Assembly: GCF_009914755.1 (NCBI RefSeq) | Contig: NC_060929.1 | Source: the human T2T-CHM13v2.0 reference genome, Homo sapiens | Strand: one strand, 5' to 3' | Length of the DNA stretch: 64,000 nt | Translations under genes and position numbers: made by a program | The notes under the pieces: generated by a model | What the model saw: only the letters and a program-made list of their open reading frames with translations | Database searches by the model: none | Told to the model about the DNA's origin: nothing | Shown here: one piece after another, positions 41,545 to 56,240 of the stretch | Position numbering within the stretch: position 1 is the stretch's first letter | Layout: each line of letters opens with the position of its first letter

Positions 41545-44500
41545 GGTTTAACTCTATGAGATGAATGCACACATCACAAAGCAGTTTCTCAGAAAGACCC
41601 TTTCTAGTTTTTATCTGAAGATATTTTCTTCTGCACCATAGGTCTCAATGTGCACCAGAATATCCCTTTGCAGATTCTACAAAAACAGTGCTTCCAAGAG
41701 GCTGAATGAAAAGAAAGGTTTAACTCTGTGAGATGAATGCACATATCACAAAGCAGTTTCTCAGAAATTTTCCTTATAGTTTTTATCCTGATATATTCAC
41801 TTTTTCACCACTGGCCTCAAAGAGCTCCCAAATGTCCATTCTGTGAATGGACACAAAGAATATTTCCAAACTGCTCAGTCAAAAGAAAGTTTTAACTCTG
41901 TGAGATGAATGCACATATCACAATGCAGTTTCTCAGAGCAGTTCCTTCTAGATTTATCCCGACATATTCACTTTTTCACCATTGGCCTCAATGAGCTCCA
42001 AAATGTCCATTCACAGAGTGGACAAAAACAGTGTTTCCAAACTGCTCAATCAAAAGAACGGTTTAACTCTGTGAGATGAATGCACACATCACAAAGCAGT
42101 TTTGCAGAAAGTTGCTTTCTAGTTTTTATCTTAAGATATTTTGTTTTTCACCAGAGGCCTCAAAGCACTCCCAAATATCCCTTCACAGAATGTAAAAAAA
42201 CAGTGCTTCCAAACTGCTGAATGAAAAGCATGGTTTTTACTCTGCAAGATGTCCACGCCCATCAGAAAGCAGTTTCTCAGACAGCTTCTTTCTACATTTA
42301 TCCTGAGATATTCACTTTTTTGCCATAGGCCTCAATGAGCTCCGAAATGTCCATTCACAGAATAGACAAAAACTGTGTTCCCAAACTGCTGAATGAAAAG
42401 AAAGTTTTCCCTTTGTGAGATGAATGCACACATCTCAAAGCAGTTTCTCAGAAAGCTTCTTTCTAGATTTTATCTGAAGATATTTCCTTTTTCAAAATAG
42501 GCCCCAATGCACTGCCAAATATCCCTTAACAGATTCTACAAAAACAGTGTTTCCAAACTGCTGAATGAAAATAATGGTTTAACTCTGTGAGATGAATGCA
42601 CACATCAAAAAGCAGTTTCTCAGAGAGCTTTCTTCTAGTTTTTATCCTGGGATGTTCACTTTTTGGCAATAGTCTCCAGTGAGCTCCCAAATGTCCATTC
42701 GCAGACAGGACAGAAATAGTGTTTCCAATTTGCTGAATCCAAAGAAAGGTTTAACTCTGTGAGATGAATGCTCACATCACCAAGCAGTTTCTCATTAAGC
42801 TTCTTCCTGGTTTTTATCTGAAGATATTTCCTTGTTCAGCATAGGCCTCAATGCACTACCAAATATCTTTTCACAGATTCTAAGAAAACAGTGTTTCCAA
42901 ACTGTGGAATGAAAAGAAAGGTTTAACACTTTGAGATGAATGCACACATCACAAAGTGGTTTGTCAGATAGCTTCTTCCTAGTTTTTATCCTGGGATATT
43001 CCTTTTTTTGACATTGGCCTCAATGAGCTCCCAAATGTCCATTTGCAGAATGGACAAAAACAGTGTTCCCAAATTGCTGATTGAAAATAAAGGTTTAACT
43101 CCATGAGGCATATGAACACATCAGAAAGCAGTTTCTCAGAATGCTTCTTTCTAGTTTTTATCTGAAGATATTTCCTTTTTCACCTTAGGCCTCAATGCAC
43201 TGCCAAATATCCCTTAACAGATTTCTACACAAACAGTGTTTCCAAACTGATGAATGAAAAGGAAGGTTTAACTCTGGAGATGAATGCACACATCATAAAC
43301 TGATTTCTTAGATAATGTGCTTCTAGTTTTTATCCTGGGTTATTCACTTTTTCACAATTGGCCTCAATAAGCTCCCAAATGTCCATTTGCAGAATGGACA
43401 AAAAGAGTTTTTCCAAACTGCTGAATCCAAAGAAATGTTCAACTCTGCAAGATGAATGAATACACCATGAAGCAGTTTCTCAGAAACCTTTCTAGTTTTA
43501 ATCTGAAGATATTTCCTTTTTCACCATAGGCCTCAATGTGCTGCCAAATATCCATTTCCAGATTCTACAATAACAGTGTTTCCAAAGTGCTGAATGAAAA
43601 GAAAAGTTTAACTGTGTGAGATGAATGCACACATCACAAAGCAGTTTCTCAGAAAGCTTCTTTCTAGTTTGTATCTGAAGATATTTCCTTTTTCACCATA
43701 GGCCTCAATGCGCTCCAAAATATCTTTTTGCAGATTCCACAGAAACAGTGCTTCAAAACTGCTGAATGAAAGGAAAGGTTTAACTCTGCAAGACGAAAGC
43801 ACACATCACAAAGTGGTTTCTTAGATAGTTTCCTTCTAGTGTATACACTGGGATATTTGCTTTTTTGCCAAGGGCCTCAATGAGCTCACCAATGTCCATT
43901 CAAAGAATTTTTAAAAAACAGTGTTTCCAAACTGTTCAGTCAAAAGAAATTTTTAACTCTGTGAGATGAATGCATACACCACAAAGCAGTTTCTCAGAAA
44001 GATTCCTAATAATTTTTATCTGAAAATATTTCCTTTTTCACCATAGGCCTCAATGTGCTCCAAAATAACCCTTCATAGATTCTACCAAAATAGTGTCTCT
44101 AAACTGCTGAATGAACAGTAAGGTTTAGCTCTGCAAGATGAATCCACACAACACAAAGCAGTTTCTCAGATAGCTTCCTTCTAGTTTTTATCCTGGGATA
44201 TATGCTTTTTCACCATTGGCCTCAATGAACCCCCAAATATCCATTAGCAGAGTGCACAAAAACATTGTTTCCAAATTACTGAATCAAAAGAGAGGATTAA
44301 CTCTGTGATATGAATGCACACATCAGAAAGCAGTTTCTCAGAAAGCTTCTTTTTAGTTTTTATCTGAAGACATTTACTTTTTCATCATAGTCCTCAATGT
44401 GCTCCAAAATATTCATTCACAAATTGTACAAAAACATTGTTTCCGAACTGTTGAATGAAAAGAATGGTTGAACCCTGTGAGATGAGTGCACACCTCAAAA

Positions 44501-46949
44501 ACCAGCTTCTCAGATAAATCCTTCTAGTTTTTATCCTGGTATATTCACTTTTTCTCTATTGGCTTCAATGAGCTCCCAAATTTCCATTCTCAGAATTTTC
44601 AAAAATAGTGTTTCCAAACTGCTCAGTCAAAAGAAAGTTTGAACTCTGTGAGATGAATGCAAATATCACAAGGCAGTTTCTCCAAAAGCTTCTTTCTAGG
44701 CTTTATCTGAAGATTTTTTCCTTTTCCCTGCAGGCCTCAATGTGCTCCCAAATATCCCTTCACAGATTCTACAAAAACAGTGTTTCCAAACTGCTGAATA
44801 AAAAGATAGGTGTAACTCTGTGAGATGAATGCACACATCACAACGCAGTTTCTCAGGTAGCTTCATTCTTGTTTTTATCCTGGGATATTCGTTTTTTTGC
44901 CATTGGCCTCAGTGAGCTCCCAAATGACCATTGGCAGACTAGATAAAAACTGTGTTCCCAAACAGCTGAATAAATAAAAGGTTTAACTCTGTGAGATGAA
45001 TGCAAACATTACAAAGCAGCTTCTCAGAAAGTTTCTTTCTAGTTTATATCTGAAGATATCTTACTTTTCACCATAGGCCTAAATGCAATCCCAAATATCC
45101 CTTCACAGTTTCTACAAAAACAGGGATTCCAAACTGCTGAATCAAAAAAAAGGTTTAACTCTGTGAGATGAATTCACACATAACAAAGCAGTTTCTTAGA
45201 AAGCTTCTTTATATGGTTTATCTGAAGATATTTTCTTTTTCACCATAGGCCTCTATGCACTCCAAAATATCCCCTTGCAGATTCTACAAAAACAGCGTTT
45301 CCAAGCAGCTGAATGAAAACAAAGGTTTAACTCTGCAAGATGAATGCACACATCACAATGTGGATTCTCTAATAGCTTCATTCTAGTTTTATCCTGGGAT
45401 ATTTTTGCTTTTGTGCCATTGGCCTCAATGAGCTACCAAATTACCATTCCCAGAATGAACAAAAACAGTGTTTCCAAACTGCTAAATCAAAATAAAGGTT
45501 TAAATCTGTGAGATGAATGTACACATCACAAGGCAGTTTCTCAGAAACATTCTTTCTAGTTTTTATCTGCACATATTTTCTTTTTCACCATACACTTCAA
45601 TGCCCTCCCAAATATCTGTTTGAGGTTCTACAACAAGAGTGTTCCCAAACTGCTCAATCAAAAGAACAGTTTACCTCTTTGAGATGAATGTACAACTCAC
45701 AAAGCAGTTTCCCAGAAAGCTTCTTTCTAGTTTTTATCTGAAGATATTTTGTTTTTCACCATAGGCCTCAATCCAATCCCAAATATTGCTTCACACATTC
45801 TACAAAAAAAGCTTCCAAACTGCTAAATTAATAGAAAAGTTTAACTCTGAGATGAATGCACACATCACAAAGCAGTTTCTCAGATAGCTTCCTTCTAGTT
45901 TTTATCTTGAGATATTCACTTTTTCACCATTGGCCTCAATGAGTTCCAAAATGTCCATTCACAGAATGGACAAGAACAGTTTATCCAAACTGCTGAACCA
46001 AAAGAAAGGTTAAACTCTGTGAGATAAATGCACACATCACAAAGCTGTTTCTCAGAAAGCTTCTTTCTAGTTTTTATCTGAACATGTTTTCTTTTTCACC
46101 ATAAACTTCAATGTGCTACAAATATCCCTTTGCAGATTCTAGAAAAACAGTGGTTCCAAACTGCTGAAAGAAAAGAAAGGTTTAACTCTGCGAGATGAAT
46201 GCACACATCACAAAGTGGTGTCTCAGATATCTCCCTACTAGTTTTTATCCTGGGATATTGTGTTTTTCACATTAGGCCTCAAAGAGATCCACAATGACCA
46301 TTTGCAGAATTTTCCAAAACAATCTTTCCAAACTGCTCAGTCAAAGGAAAGGTTTAACTCTGCGAGTTGAATGCACACTTCACAAAGCAGTTTTTCAGAA
46401 GATTCTTTCTAGTTTTTATCTGAAGTTATTTTTTTTTCACCATAGTTCTCAATATGCTCCCGAATATCCCTTTGTAGATACTACAAAAAGAGTGTTTACA
46501 AACTGCTGAAGGAAAAGAAAGGTTTAACTCTGAGAGATGAATGGGCACATCACAAAGTGGTTTCTCAGATAACTTTCTTATGGTTTTTAACCTGGGATAT
46601 TCGCTTTTTCACCATTGGCCTCAATGAGCTCCCAAATGTCCATTCCCAGAATGGACAAAAACAATGTTTCCAAACTCCTGATTCAAAAAAAACGGTTTAT
46701 CTTGGTGAGATGAATGCACACATCACAAAGCATTTTCTGAGAAATCTTCTTTCAAGTTTTTATCTGAACATACTTTGTTTTTCACCATAAGCCTCTATGC
46801 ACTAACAAATATCCCTTCACAGATTCTACAAAAGCAGTGTTTCCAAACTGCTGAATCAAAAGAAGAGTTTAACTCTGTGAGATGAATGCAAACATCACAA
46901 AACTTTTTCTCGGAAAGATTCTTTCCAGTTTTTATCTGTAGATATTTTC
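41545..46949 (-). repeat. Diverged alpha satellite block 2b, reverse orientation
   Basis: Resumes in monomer register after the LTR (GGTTTAACTCTATGAG); ~171 bp period. Confidence 0.97.
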
Positions 46950-49900
46950 TTTTTTTTATTATACTTTAAGTTTTAGGGTACATGTGCACAATATGCAAGT
47001 TAGTTACATATGTATACATGTGCCATGTTGGTGTGCTGCACCCAGTAACTCGTCATTTAACATTAGGTATATCACCTAATGCTATCCCTCCCCCAGATCC
47101 CCACCCCACAACAGACCCTGGTGTGTGATGTTTCCCTTCCTGTGTCCATGTGTTCTCATTGTTCAATTCCCACCTATGAGTGAGAACATGCAGCATTTGG
47201 TTTTTTGACCTTGCGATAGTTTGCTGAGAATGATGATTTCCAGCTTCATCCGTGTCCCTACAAACGACATGAACTCATTATTTTTATGGCTGCATATTAT
47301 TCCATGGTGTATATGTGCCACACTTTCTTAATCCAGTCTATCATTGTTGGACATTTGGGTTGTTTCCAAGTATTTGCTATTGTGAATAGTGCCGCAATAA
47401 ACATATATCTGCATGTGTCTTTATAGCAGCATGTTTTATAATCCTTTGGGTATATACCCAGTAATGGGATGGCTGGGTAAAATGGCATTTCTAGTTCTAG
47501 ATCCTTGAGATATCGCCACACTGACTTCCACAATGGTTGAACTAGTTTACAGTCCCACCAACAGTTTAAAATGTTCCTATTTCTCCACATCCTCTCCAGC
47601 ACCTGTTGTTTCCTGCCTTTTTAATGATCACCATTCTAACTGGTGTGAGATGGTATCTCATTGTGGTTTTGATTTGCATTTCTCTGATGACCAGTGATGA
47701 TGAGCATTTTTTCATGTGTCTTTTGGCTGCATAAATGTCTTCTTTTGAGAAATGCCTGTTTATATCCTTCGCCCACTTGTGGATGGGGTTCTTTGTTTTT
47801 TCTTGTAAATTTGAGTTCATTGTAGATTCTGGATATTAGTCTATTGTCAGATGTGTAGATTGCAAAAATGTTCTCCCATTCTGTAGGTGCCTCTTCACTC
47901 TGATGGTAGTTTTTTTTTGCTGTGCAGAAGCTGTTTAGTTTAATTAGATCCCATTTGTCAATTTTGGCTTTTGTTGCCATTGCTTTTAGTGTTTTAGACA
48001 TGAAGTCCTTGCCCATGCCTATGTCCTGAATGGTATTGCCTAGGTTTTGTTCTAGAGTTTTTATGGTTTTAGGTCTAACATTTAAGTCTTTAATACATCT
48101 TGAATTAATTTTTGTATGAGGTGTAAGGAAGGGATCCCGTTTCAGCTTTCTACATATGGCTAGCCAGGTTGCCCAGCACCATTTATTAAACAGGGAATCA
48201 CTTCCCCATTTCTTGTTTTTGTCAGGTTTGTCAAAGATTAGATAGTTGTAGATATGTGGCATTATTTCTGAGGGCTCTGTAATGTTTCGTTGGTCTATAT
48301 GTCTGTTTTGGTATCAGTACCATGCTGTTTTGGTTACTGTAGCCTTCTAGTATAGTTTGAAGCCAGGCAGCGTGATGCCTCCAGCTTTGTTCTTTTGGCT
48401 TAAGATTGACTTGGCAATGGGGGCTCTTTTTTGGTTCCTTATGAACTTCAAAGTGTTTTTTTCCAACTCTGTGAAGAAAGTCATTGGTAGCTTGATGGAG
48501 ATGGCATTGAATCTAGAAATTACCTTGGGCAGTATGACCATTTTCACGATATTGATTCTTCTTACCCATGAGCATGGAGTGTTCTTCCATTTGTTTGTAT
48601 CCTCTTTTATTTCACTGAGCAGTGGTTTGTAGTTCTCCTTGAAGAGGTCCTTCATGTCCCTTGTGAGTTGGATTCCTAGGTATTTTATTCTCCTTGAAGC
48701 AATTGCAAATGGGAGTTCACTCATGATTTGGCTCTCTGTTTGTCTGTTATTGGTGTATAAGATTGCTTGTGATTTTTGCACATTGATTTGTATCCTGAGA
48801 CTTCGCTGAAGTTGCTTATCAGCTTAAGGAGATTTTGGGCTGAGAGGATGGGGTTTTCTAGATACACAATCATGTCACCTGCAAATAGGAACAATTTGAC
48901 TCCCTCTTTTCCTAATTGAATGCCCTTTATTTCCTTCTCCTCCCTGATTGCCCTGGCCAGAACTTCCAACACTATGTTAAATGGGAGTGATGAGAGGGGG
49001 CATCCCTGTCTTGTGCCACTTTTCAAAGGGAATGCTTCCAGTTTTTACCCATTCAGTATGATATTGGCTGTGGGTTTGTCATAGATAGCTCTTATTATTT
49101 TGAGATACGTCCCATCAATACCTAATTTACTGAGAGTTTTTAGCATGAAGGGTTGTTGAATTTTGTCAAAGGCCTTTTCTGCATCTGTTGAGATGATCAT
49201 GTGGTTTTTGTCTTTGGCTCTGTTTCTATGCTGGATTACATTTATTGATTTGCATACATTGAACCAGCCTTGCATCCCAGGGATGAAGCCCACTTGATCA
49301 TGGTGGATAAGGTTTTTGATGTGTTGCTGGATTTGGTTTGCCAGCATTTTATTGAGGATTTTTGCATCGATGTTCATCAAGGATATTGGTCTAAAATTCT
49401 CTTTTTTTGTTGTGTCTCTGCCAGACTTTGGTATCAGGATGATGCTGGTCTCATAAAATGAGTTAGGGAGGATTCCCTCTTTTTCTGTTGATTGGAATAG
49501 TTTCAGAAGGAATGGTGCCACCTCCTCCTTGTACGTCTGGTAGCATTCGGCTGTGAATCCATTTGGTCCTGGACTTTTTTTGGTTGGTACGCCATTAATT
49601 ATTGCCTCAATTTCAGAGCCTGTTATTGGTCTATTAAAGATCCAACTTCTGCCTGTTTTAGTGTTGGGAGGGTGTATGTATCGAGGAATTTATCCATTTC
49701 TTCTAGATTTTCTAGTTTATTTGCATAGAGGTGTTTATAGTATTCTCTGATGGTAGTGTGTATTTCTGTGGGATCATTGGTGATATCCCCTTTATTTTTT
49801 ATTGTATCTATTTGATTCTTCTCTCTTTTCTTCTTTATTAGTCTTGCTAGTGGTCTATCAATTTTGTTGATCTTTTCAAAAACCAGCTCCTGGATTGATT

Positions 49901-51925
49901 GATTTTTTTGAAGGGATTTTAGTGTCTCTATTTCCTTCAGTTCTGCTCTGATCTTAGTGATTTCTTGCCTTCTGCTAGTTTTTGAATGTGTTTGCCCTTG
50001 CTTCTCTAGTTCTTTTAATTGTGATGTTAGGGTGTCAATTTTAGATCTTTCCTGCTTTCTCTTGTGGGCATTTAGTGCTATAAATTTCTCTCCACACACT
50101 GCTTTGAATGTGTACCAGAGATTCTGGTATGTTCTGTCTTTGTTCTTGTTGGTTTCAAAGAACATCTTTATTTCTGTCTTCATTTTCTTATGTACCCAGT
50201 AGTCATTCAGGAGCAGGTTGTTCAGTTTCCATGTATTTGAGGGGTTCTGAGTGAGTTTCTTAATCCTGAGTTCTAGTTTGATTGCACTGTGGCCTGAGCA
50301 GAGTTTTTTATAATTTGTATTCTTTTACATTGGCTAAGGAATGCTTTATTTCCAACTGCGTAGTCAATTTTGAAATAGGTGTGGTGTGGTGCTGAAAAGA
50401 ATGTATACTCTGTTGATTTGGTGTGGAGAGTTCTGTAGATGTCTATTAGGTCTGCTTGGTGCAGAGCTGAGTTCAATTCCTGGATATCCTTCTTAAATTT
50501 CTGTCTCATTGATCTGTCTAATGTTGACAGTGGGGTTTTAAAAATCTTCCATTGTTATTGTGTGGGAGACTAAGTATCTTTGTAGTTCTCTAAGGACTTG
50601 CTTTATAAATCTGGATGCTCCTGTATTGGGTACATATATATTTAGGATAGTTAGTTCTTCTTGTTGAATTGATCCCTTTACCATTATGTAATGGCCTTCT
50701 TTGTCTCTTTTGATCTTTGTTGGTTTCAAGTCTGTTTTATCAGAAACTAGGATTGCAATCCTTGCTTTTTTGTTTTCCGTTTGCTTGGTAGATCTTCCTC
50801 CATCAATTCATTTTGAGACTATGTGTGTCTCTGCACATGAGGTGGGTTTCCTGAATACAACACACTGATGGGTCTTGACTCTTTATCCAATTTGCCAGTC
50901 TGTGTCTTTTAATTGGAGCATTTAGCCCATTTACATTTAAGGTTAATATTGTTATGTGTGAATTTGATCCTGTCATTATGATGTTAGCTGGTTATTTTGC
51001 TCATGAGTTGATACAGTTTCTTCCTAGCATTGATGGTCTTTACAATTTGGTATGTTTTTGCAGTGGCTGGTACCGGCTGTTCCTTTTCATGTTTAATGCT
51101 TCCTTCAGGAGCTCATGTAGGGCAGGCCTGGTGGTGACATATTCTCTCAGCCTTTGCTTGTCTGTAAAGTATTTTATTTCTCCTTCACTTATGAAGCTTA
51201 GTTTGGCTGAATATGAAATTCAGGGTTGAAAATTCTTTTCTTTAAGAATGTTGAATATTGGCCCCCAGTCTCTTCTGGTTTGTGGAGTTTCTGCCAAGAG
51301 ATCCACTGATAGTCTGATGGCCTTCCCTTTGTGGGTAACCCGACCTTTCTCTGTGGCTCCCCTGAACATTTTTTCTTCATTTTAACTTTGGTGAATCTGA
51401 CAATTATGTGTCTTTGGGTTCGTCTTCTTGAGGAGTATCTTTGTGACATTCTCTGTATTTCCTGAATTTGAATGTTGACCTGCTTTGCAAGGTTGGGGAA
51501 GTTATTGGATAATATCCTGCGGAGTGTTTTCTAACTTGTTTCCGTTCTCCCCATCGCTTTCAGGTACACCAATCAGACGTAGATTTGGTCTTTTCACATA
51601 GTCCCATATTTCTTAGAGGCTTTTCTTTTCTTTTGATTTTTTTTTCTCTAAACTTCTCTTCTCACTTCATTTCATTCATTTGATCTTCAATCACTGATAC
51701 CCTTTCTTCCAGTTGATCAAATCAGCTATTGAATCTTGTGCAGTTGTCACATAGTTCTCATGCCATGGTTTTCAGCTCAATCAGTTCTTTAATGACTTCT
51801 CTGCATTGGTTATTTTAGTTGCCATTCATCTAATCTTATTTCAAGGTTTTTAAATTCTTTGTGATTTGTTTGAACTTTCCCCTTTAGCTCAGAGACGTTT
51901 GATCATCTGAAGCCTTCTTCTCTCA
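46950..51925 (-). mobile_element. L1PA4-like element, 3' end through most of ORF1, disrupted
   Basis: 3'UTR GTTAGTTAC...GCCATGTTGGTGTGCTG; many ORF2 fragments (FAGD in place of FADD); ORF1 remnants; stops ~120 bp short of the ORF1 start. Confidence 0.93.
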
Positions 51926-52262
51926 GGGAAATCCCTTTCATAGCCAAGCAAATCTGTGAGAGATGGCACCTAGAAAATCAGATCACTCCCACCCTAATAC
52001 TGTGCTTTTCTAACGGTCTTAGCAAATGGCACACCAGGAGATTATATCCTGTGTCTCACCAAGGGGTCCGGCACCCACGGATTATTGCTCTTTGCTAGCA
52101 CAGTAGTCTGAAATCGAACTGCAAGGTGGCAGTGAGCCTGGGGAAGGTGTGCCCACCATTGCTGAGGCTTGAGTAGGTAAACAAAGTGACCATGAATCTC
52201 AAACTGGGTGGAGCCAACTACAGCTCAAGGAGGCCTGCCTGCCTCAGGAGACTCCACCACTG
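51923..52262 (+). mobile_element. Inverted L1 5'UTR segment attached to the L1PA4
   Basis: TCAGGGAAATCCCTTTC ... CAGGAGATTATATCC ... GAGTAGGTAAACAAAG ... GACTCCACC is sense L1 5'UTR; TCA microhomology at the junction. Confidence 0.9.
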
Positions 52263-55200
52263 CTATGTGATGTGTACATTCGTCTCCTAGAGTTAGACCT
52301 TTCTTTGCATTCAGCAGGTTGGAATCACTGTTTTTGCAATATCTGCAAAGGGAAATTTGAGAGCGCACTCAGGTCTTTCATGAAATAGGGAATATCTTCA
52401 GATAAAAAGTAAAAAGATGCTTCTTGAGAAATTGCTTTGTGATGTGTGCATTCCTCTCACAGAGTTAAAACTTTCTTTGGAGGCAGCAGTTTGGGAATAC
52501 TGTTTTTGTCCATCCTGTGAATGGACATTTTGGAACTCTTGAAGGCAATAGAGAAAGAGCAAATATCCCAGGATAAAAAATAGAAGGAAGCCATCTGAGA
52601 AACTGCTTCGTGATGGATGCATTCATCTCCCAGAGTTAAAACGTTGTTTTCATTCAGCAGTTTGGAATCAGTGTTTTTGCAGTATCTGAGAAGGGAAATT
52701 TGGGAGTGTATTGAGGCCTTTGATTAATAGGAAATATCTCCAGATAAAAACTAGAAAGAAACTTTCTGAGAAACTGCTTTGTGATGTGCACATTCATCTC
52801 CGAGAGTTAAAAGTTTCTTTGGATTCAGCAGTTTGGAAACAATGTTTTTGTCCATTCTGTGAATGGACATTTTGGAACTCTTTGAGGCCAATGGTGAAAA
52901 GGCAAATATCCCAGGATAAACACTAGAAGGAAGCTATCTGAGAAACTGCTTTGTGATGTGTGCATTCATCTCCGAGAGTTAAACCTTTCTTTCCATTCAG
53001 CAGTTTGGAATCACAGTGTTTTGCAGTATCTGTGAAGGGAAATTTGGGAGTGCATTGAGACCTTTACTGAAAAAGGAAATATCTTCAGATAAAAACAACA
53101 AAGAAGCTTTCTGAAAAACTGCTTTGTGATGTGTGCATGCATCTCACCAAGGTAAACTTTTCTTTGTTTTCCACAGTTTAGAAACACTGTTTTTGCCCCC
53201 TTGATGAATTGACTTATTGAGCTCACTGAAGCCTATGAGGATAAAGTGAATATCCCAGGATAAATACAATAAGGAAGCTATCTGAGAAACCACGTTGTGA
53301 TGTATGCATTCATCTTGCAGAGTTAAATTTGTTTTCATTAAGCAGTTTGGAAACACTGTTTTGGAAGAATCTGTGAAGGTGTATTTGGGAACACATTGAG
53401 GCCTATGGTGAAAAAGGAAATATCCTTAGATAAAAATTAGAAAGAAGATTGCTGAGAAATTGTTTTGTGAAGTCTGCATTCATCTCACAGAGTTAAACGT
53501 TTTCTTTAGATTCAGCATTTTGGAAACAGTTCTTTTCTCCATTCTGCAAATGGACATTTGGGAGCTCATTGAGGCCAATGGTGAAAATGGGAATATCCCA
53601 GGATAAAAAATTAGAATGAAGCTATGTGAGAAATCGCTTTGTGATGTGTGCATTCATTTCACAGAGTTAAAACTTTCTTTTCATTCAGCAGTTTGGAAAC
53701 ACTGTTTTGGTTGAAGCTGCAAAGGGATATTTGGGAGTCCACTGAGGCATTTGATGAAACAGGAAATATCTTGAGATAAAAAGTAGAAAGAAGCTTTCTG
53801 AGAAACTGCTTTGTGATGTGTGCATTCATCTCACAGAGCTTTACATTTCTTTGGATTCCACAGTTTGGAAAAAGTATTTTGGTAGAATCTGCAAAGGGAT
53901 ATTGGGAGGGCATTGAGGACTACGGTGAAAAAAGGAAATATCTTCAGACAAAACTAGAAGGACGCTTTCTGAGAAATTGCTTTGTGAAGTGTGCATTCAT
54001 CTCACAGAGTTAAACCTTTCTTTGGATTCAGCAGTTTGGAAACTGATTTTTCCATTCTGGGAATGGATATTTGGGAACTCATTGAGGGCAATGGCAAAAA
54101 AAGGAATATCCCAGAATAAAAACTAGAAGGAAGCTATCTGTATAATCACTTTGTGATGTATGCATTCATCTTGCAGAGTTAAACCTTTCTTTTCATTCAG
54201 CAGTTTGGAAACACTGTTTTGGCAGAAGCTGTGAAGGGATATTTGGGAGTGCTTTGAGACCTATGGTGAAAAAAGAAATGTCTTCAGATAAAAACTGGAA
54301 AGAAGCTTTTGAGAAATTGCTCTGGAAGTGTCCATTCATCTCACAGAGGTAAACCTTTCTTTGGATTCAACAGTTTGGAAACACTGTTTTGTCCATTCTG
54401 TGAATGCATATTTGTGAGCTCATTGAGGGCAGTGTCAAAAAAGAGAATATCCCAGGATAAAAACTAGAAGGAAGCTATCTGAGAAACTACTTTGTGATGT
54501 GTGCATTCATCTCACAGGGCTAAAACTTTCTTTTCATTCAACAGTTTGGAAACACTGTTTTGGTAAAATCTGTGAAAGTATATTTTGCAGCACGTTGAGT
54601 CCTATGGTGAAAAAACACATATCTTTAGATAAAAACTGGAAATAAGCCTTCTGGGAAACAGCTTTGTGATGTCTGCTTTCATCTCACGGAGTTAAAACTT
54701 TCTTTGGATTCAGCAGTTTGGAAACACTGTTTTTGTCTATTCTGCTAGAGGACATTTGAGATCTTATTCAGGCCACTGTTGAAAAAGGGAATAAACCAGG
54801 GTAAATACTAAATGGAAGCTATCTGAGAATCCGTGTTGTAATATGTGCATTCATCTCACAGACTTAAAATTTTCCTTTCATTCATTATTTGGGAAACACT
54901 GTTTTGGTTAATTCTGTGAAGAGGTATTTGGGAGCACATTGAAGCCAATGGTGAAAAACGAAATATATTCAGATAAAAACTAGTAGAAGCTTTCTGAGAA
55001 ACTGCTTTGTGATAAGTACATTCATCTCACAGAATTTAACATTTCTTTGGATTCAGCAGTTTGGAAACACTGTTTTTGTCCATTTTGTGAATGGACATTT
55101 GGGAGCTCATTGAGGCCAATGGTGAAAAGGGGAATATCCCTGGATAAAAACTGGAAAGAAGCTATCTGAGAAAGTGCTTAGTGATGTGTGCATTCATCTC

Positions 55201-56240
55201 ACAAAGTTAAACCTTTCTTTTCATTCAGCAGTTTGGAAACACTATTTTGGTAGCATCTGTGAAGGGATATTTCGGAGCACTTTGAGGCCTACTGTGAAAA
55301 AGGAAATATCTTCAGATAAAAACTAGAAGGAAGCTTTCTGAGAAACTGCTTCGTGATGTGTGTGTTCATCTACAGAGTTAAGCCATTTTTTTATTCAGCA
55401 GTTATGAAACACTGTTTTTGTTCATTCTACAAATGGACGCATTGAGTCCAATGGTGAAAAAGCAAACATCCCAGGATAATTACTAGAAGGAATCTATTTG
55501 AGAAAGTGTGTTGTGTTGTGGTCATTCATCTCACAGAGTTAAACCTTTCTTTTCCTTCTGCAGTTGGCAAACACCGTTTTGGTAGAAATTGTGAAGGGAT
55601 ATTTGGTGGTGCATTGAGGCCTATGGTGAAAAAGGAAATATCTTCATATAATAACTAGAAAGAAGCTTTCTTAGAAACTGCTTGGTGATGTGTGCATTAA
55701 TCTCATAGAATTAAAACTTTATTTGGATTCATCTGTTTGGAAAGACTGTTTTTGTCCGCTCTGTGAATCGAAATTTAGTAACTAATTGAGGCCAATGGTG
55801 AAAAAAGTGAATATCCTAGGAAAAAAACAAGAAGGAAGCCATTTGACAAAATGCTTTGTGATGTGTGCATTCATCTTGCAGAGTTAAAACTTTCATTTCA
55901 TTCAGCAGTTTGCAAACACTGTTTTAGTAGAATATGTGAAGGGATATTTCAGAGTGTATTGAGGTCTATTTTGAAAAAGGAAATATCTTCAGATAAAAAC
56001 TAGAAAGAATCTGAGAAACTGCTTTGTGATGCATGCATTCATCTCACAGAGGTAAATATTCCTTCAGATTCAGCAGTTTGTAAACACTGTTTTTGTCCAT
56101 TCAGTGAATGGACATTTTGGAACTCCCTGAAGCCAATAGAGGAAAGAGCAAATATCCCAGGATAAAAACTAGAAGAAAGCTATCTGAGAAACCACTCTGT
56201 TATGGGTGCATTCATCTCCTAGAGTTAAAGCATTGTTTTC
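52260..56240 (+). repeat. Diverged alpha satellite block 3a, forward orientation
   Basis: ~171 bp period; variants TTTGGTAGAATC, CTTTGGATTCAGC, GGAATCACTG..GCAGTATCTG. Confidence 0.97.
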
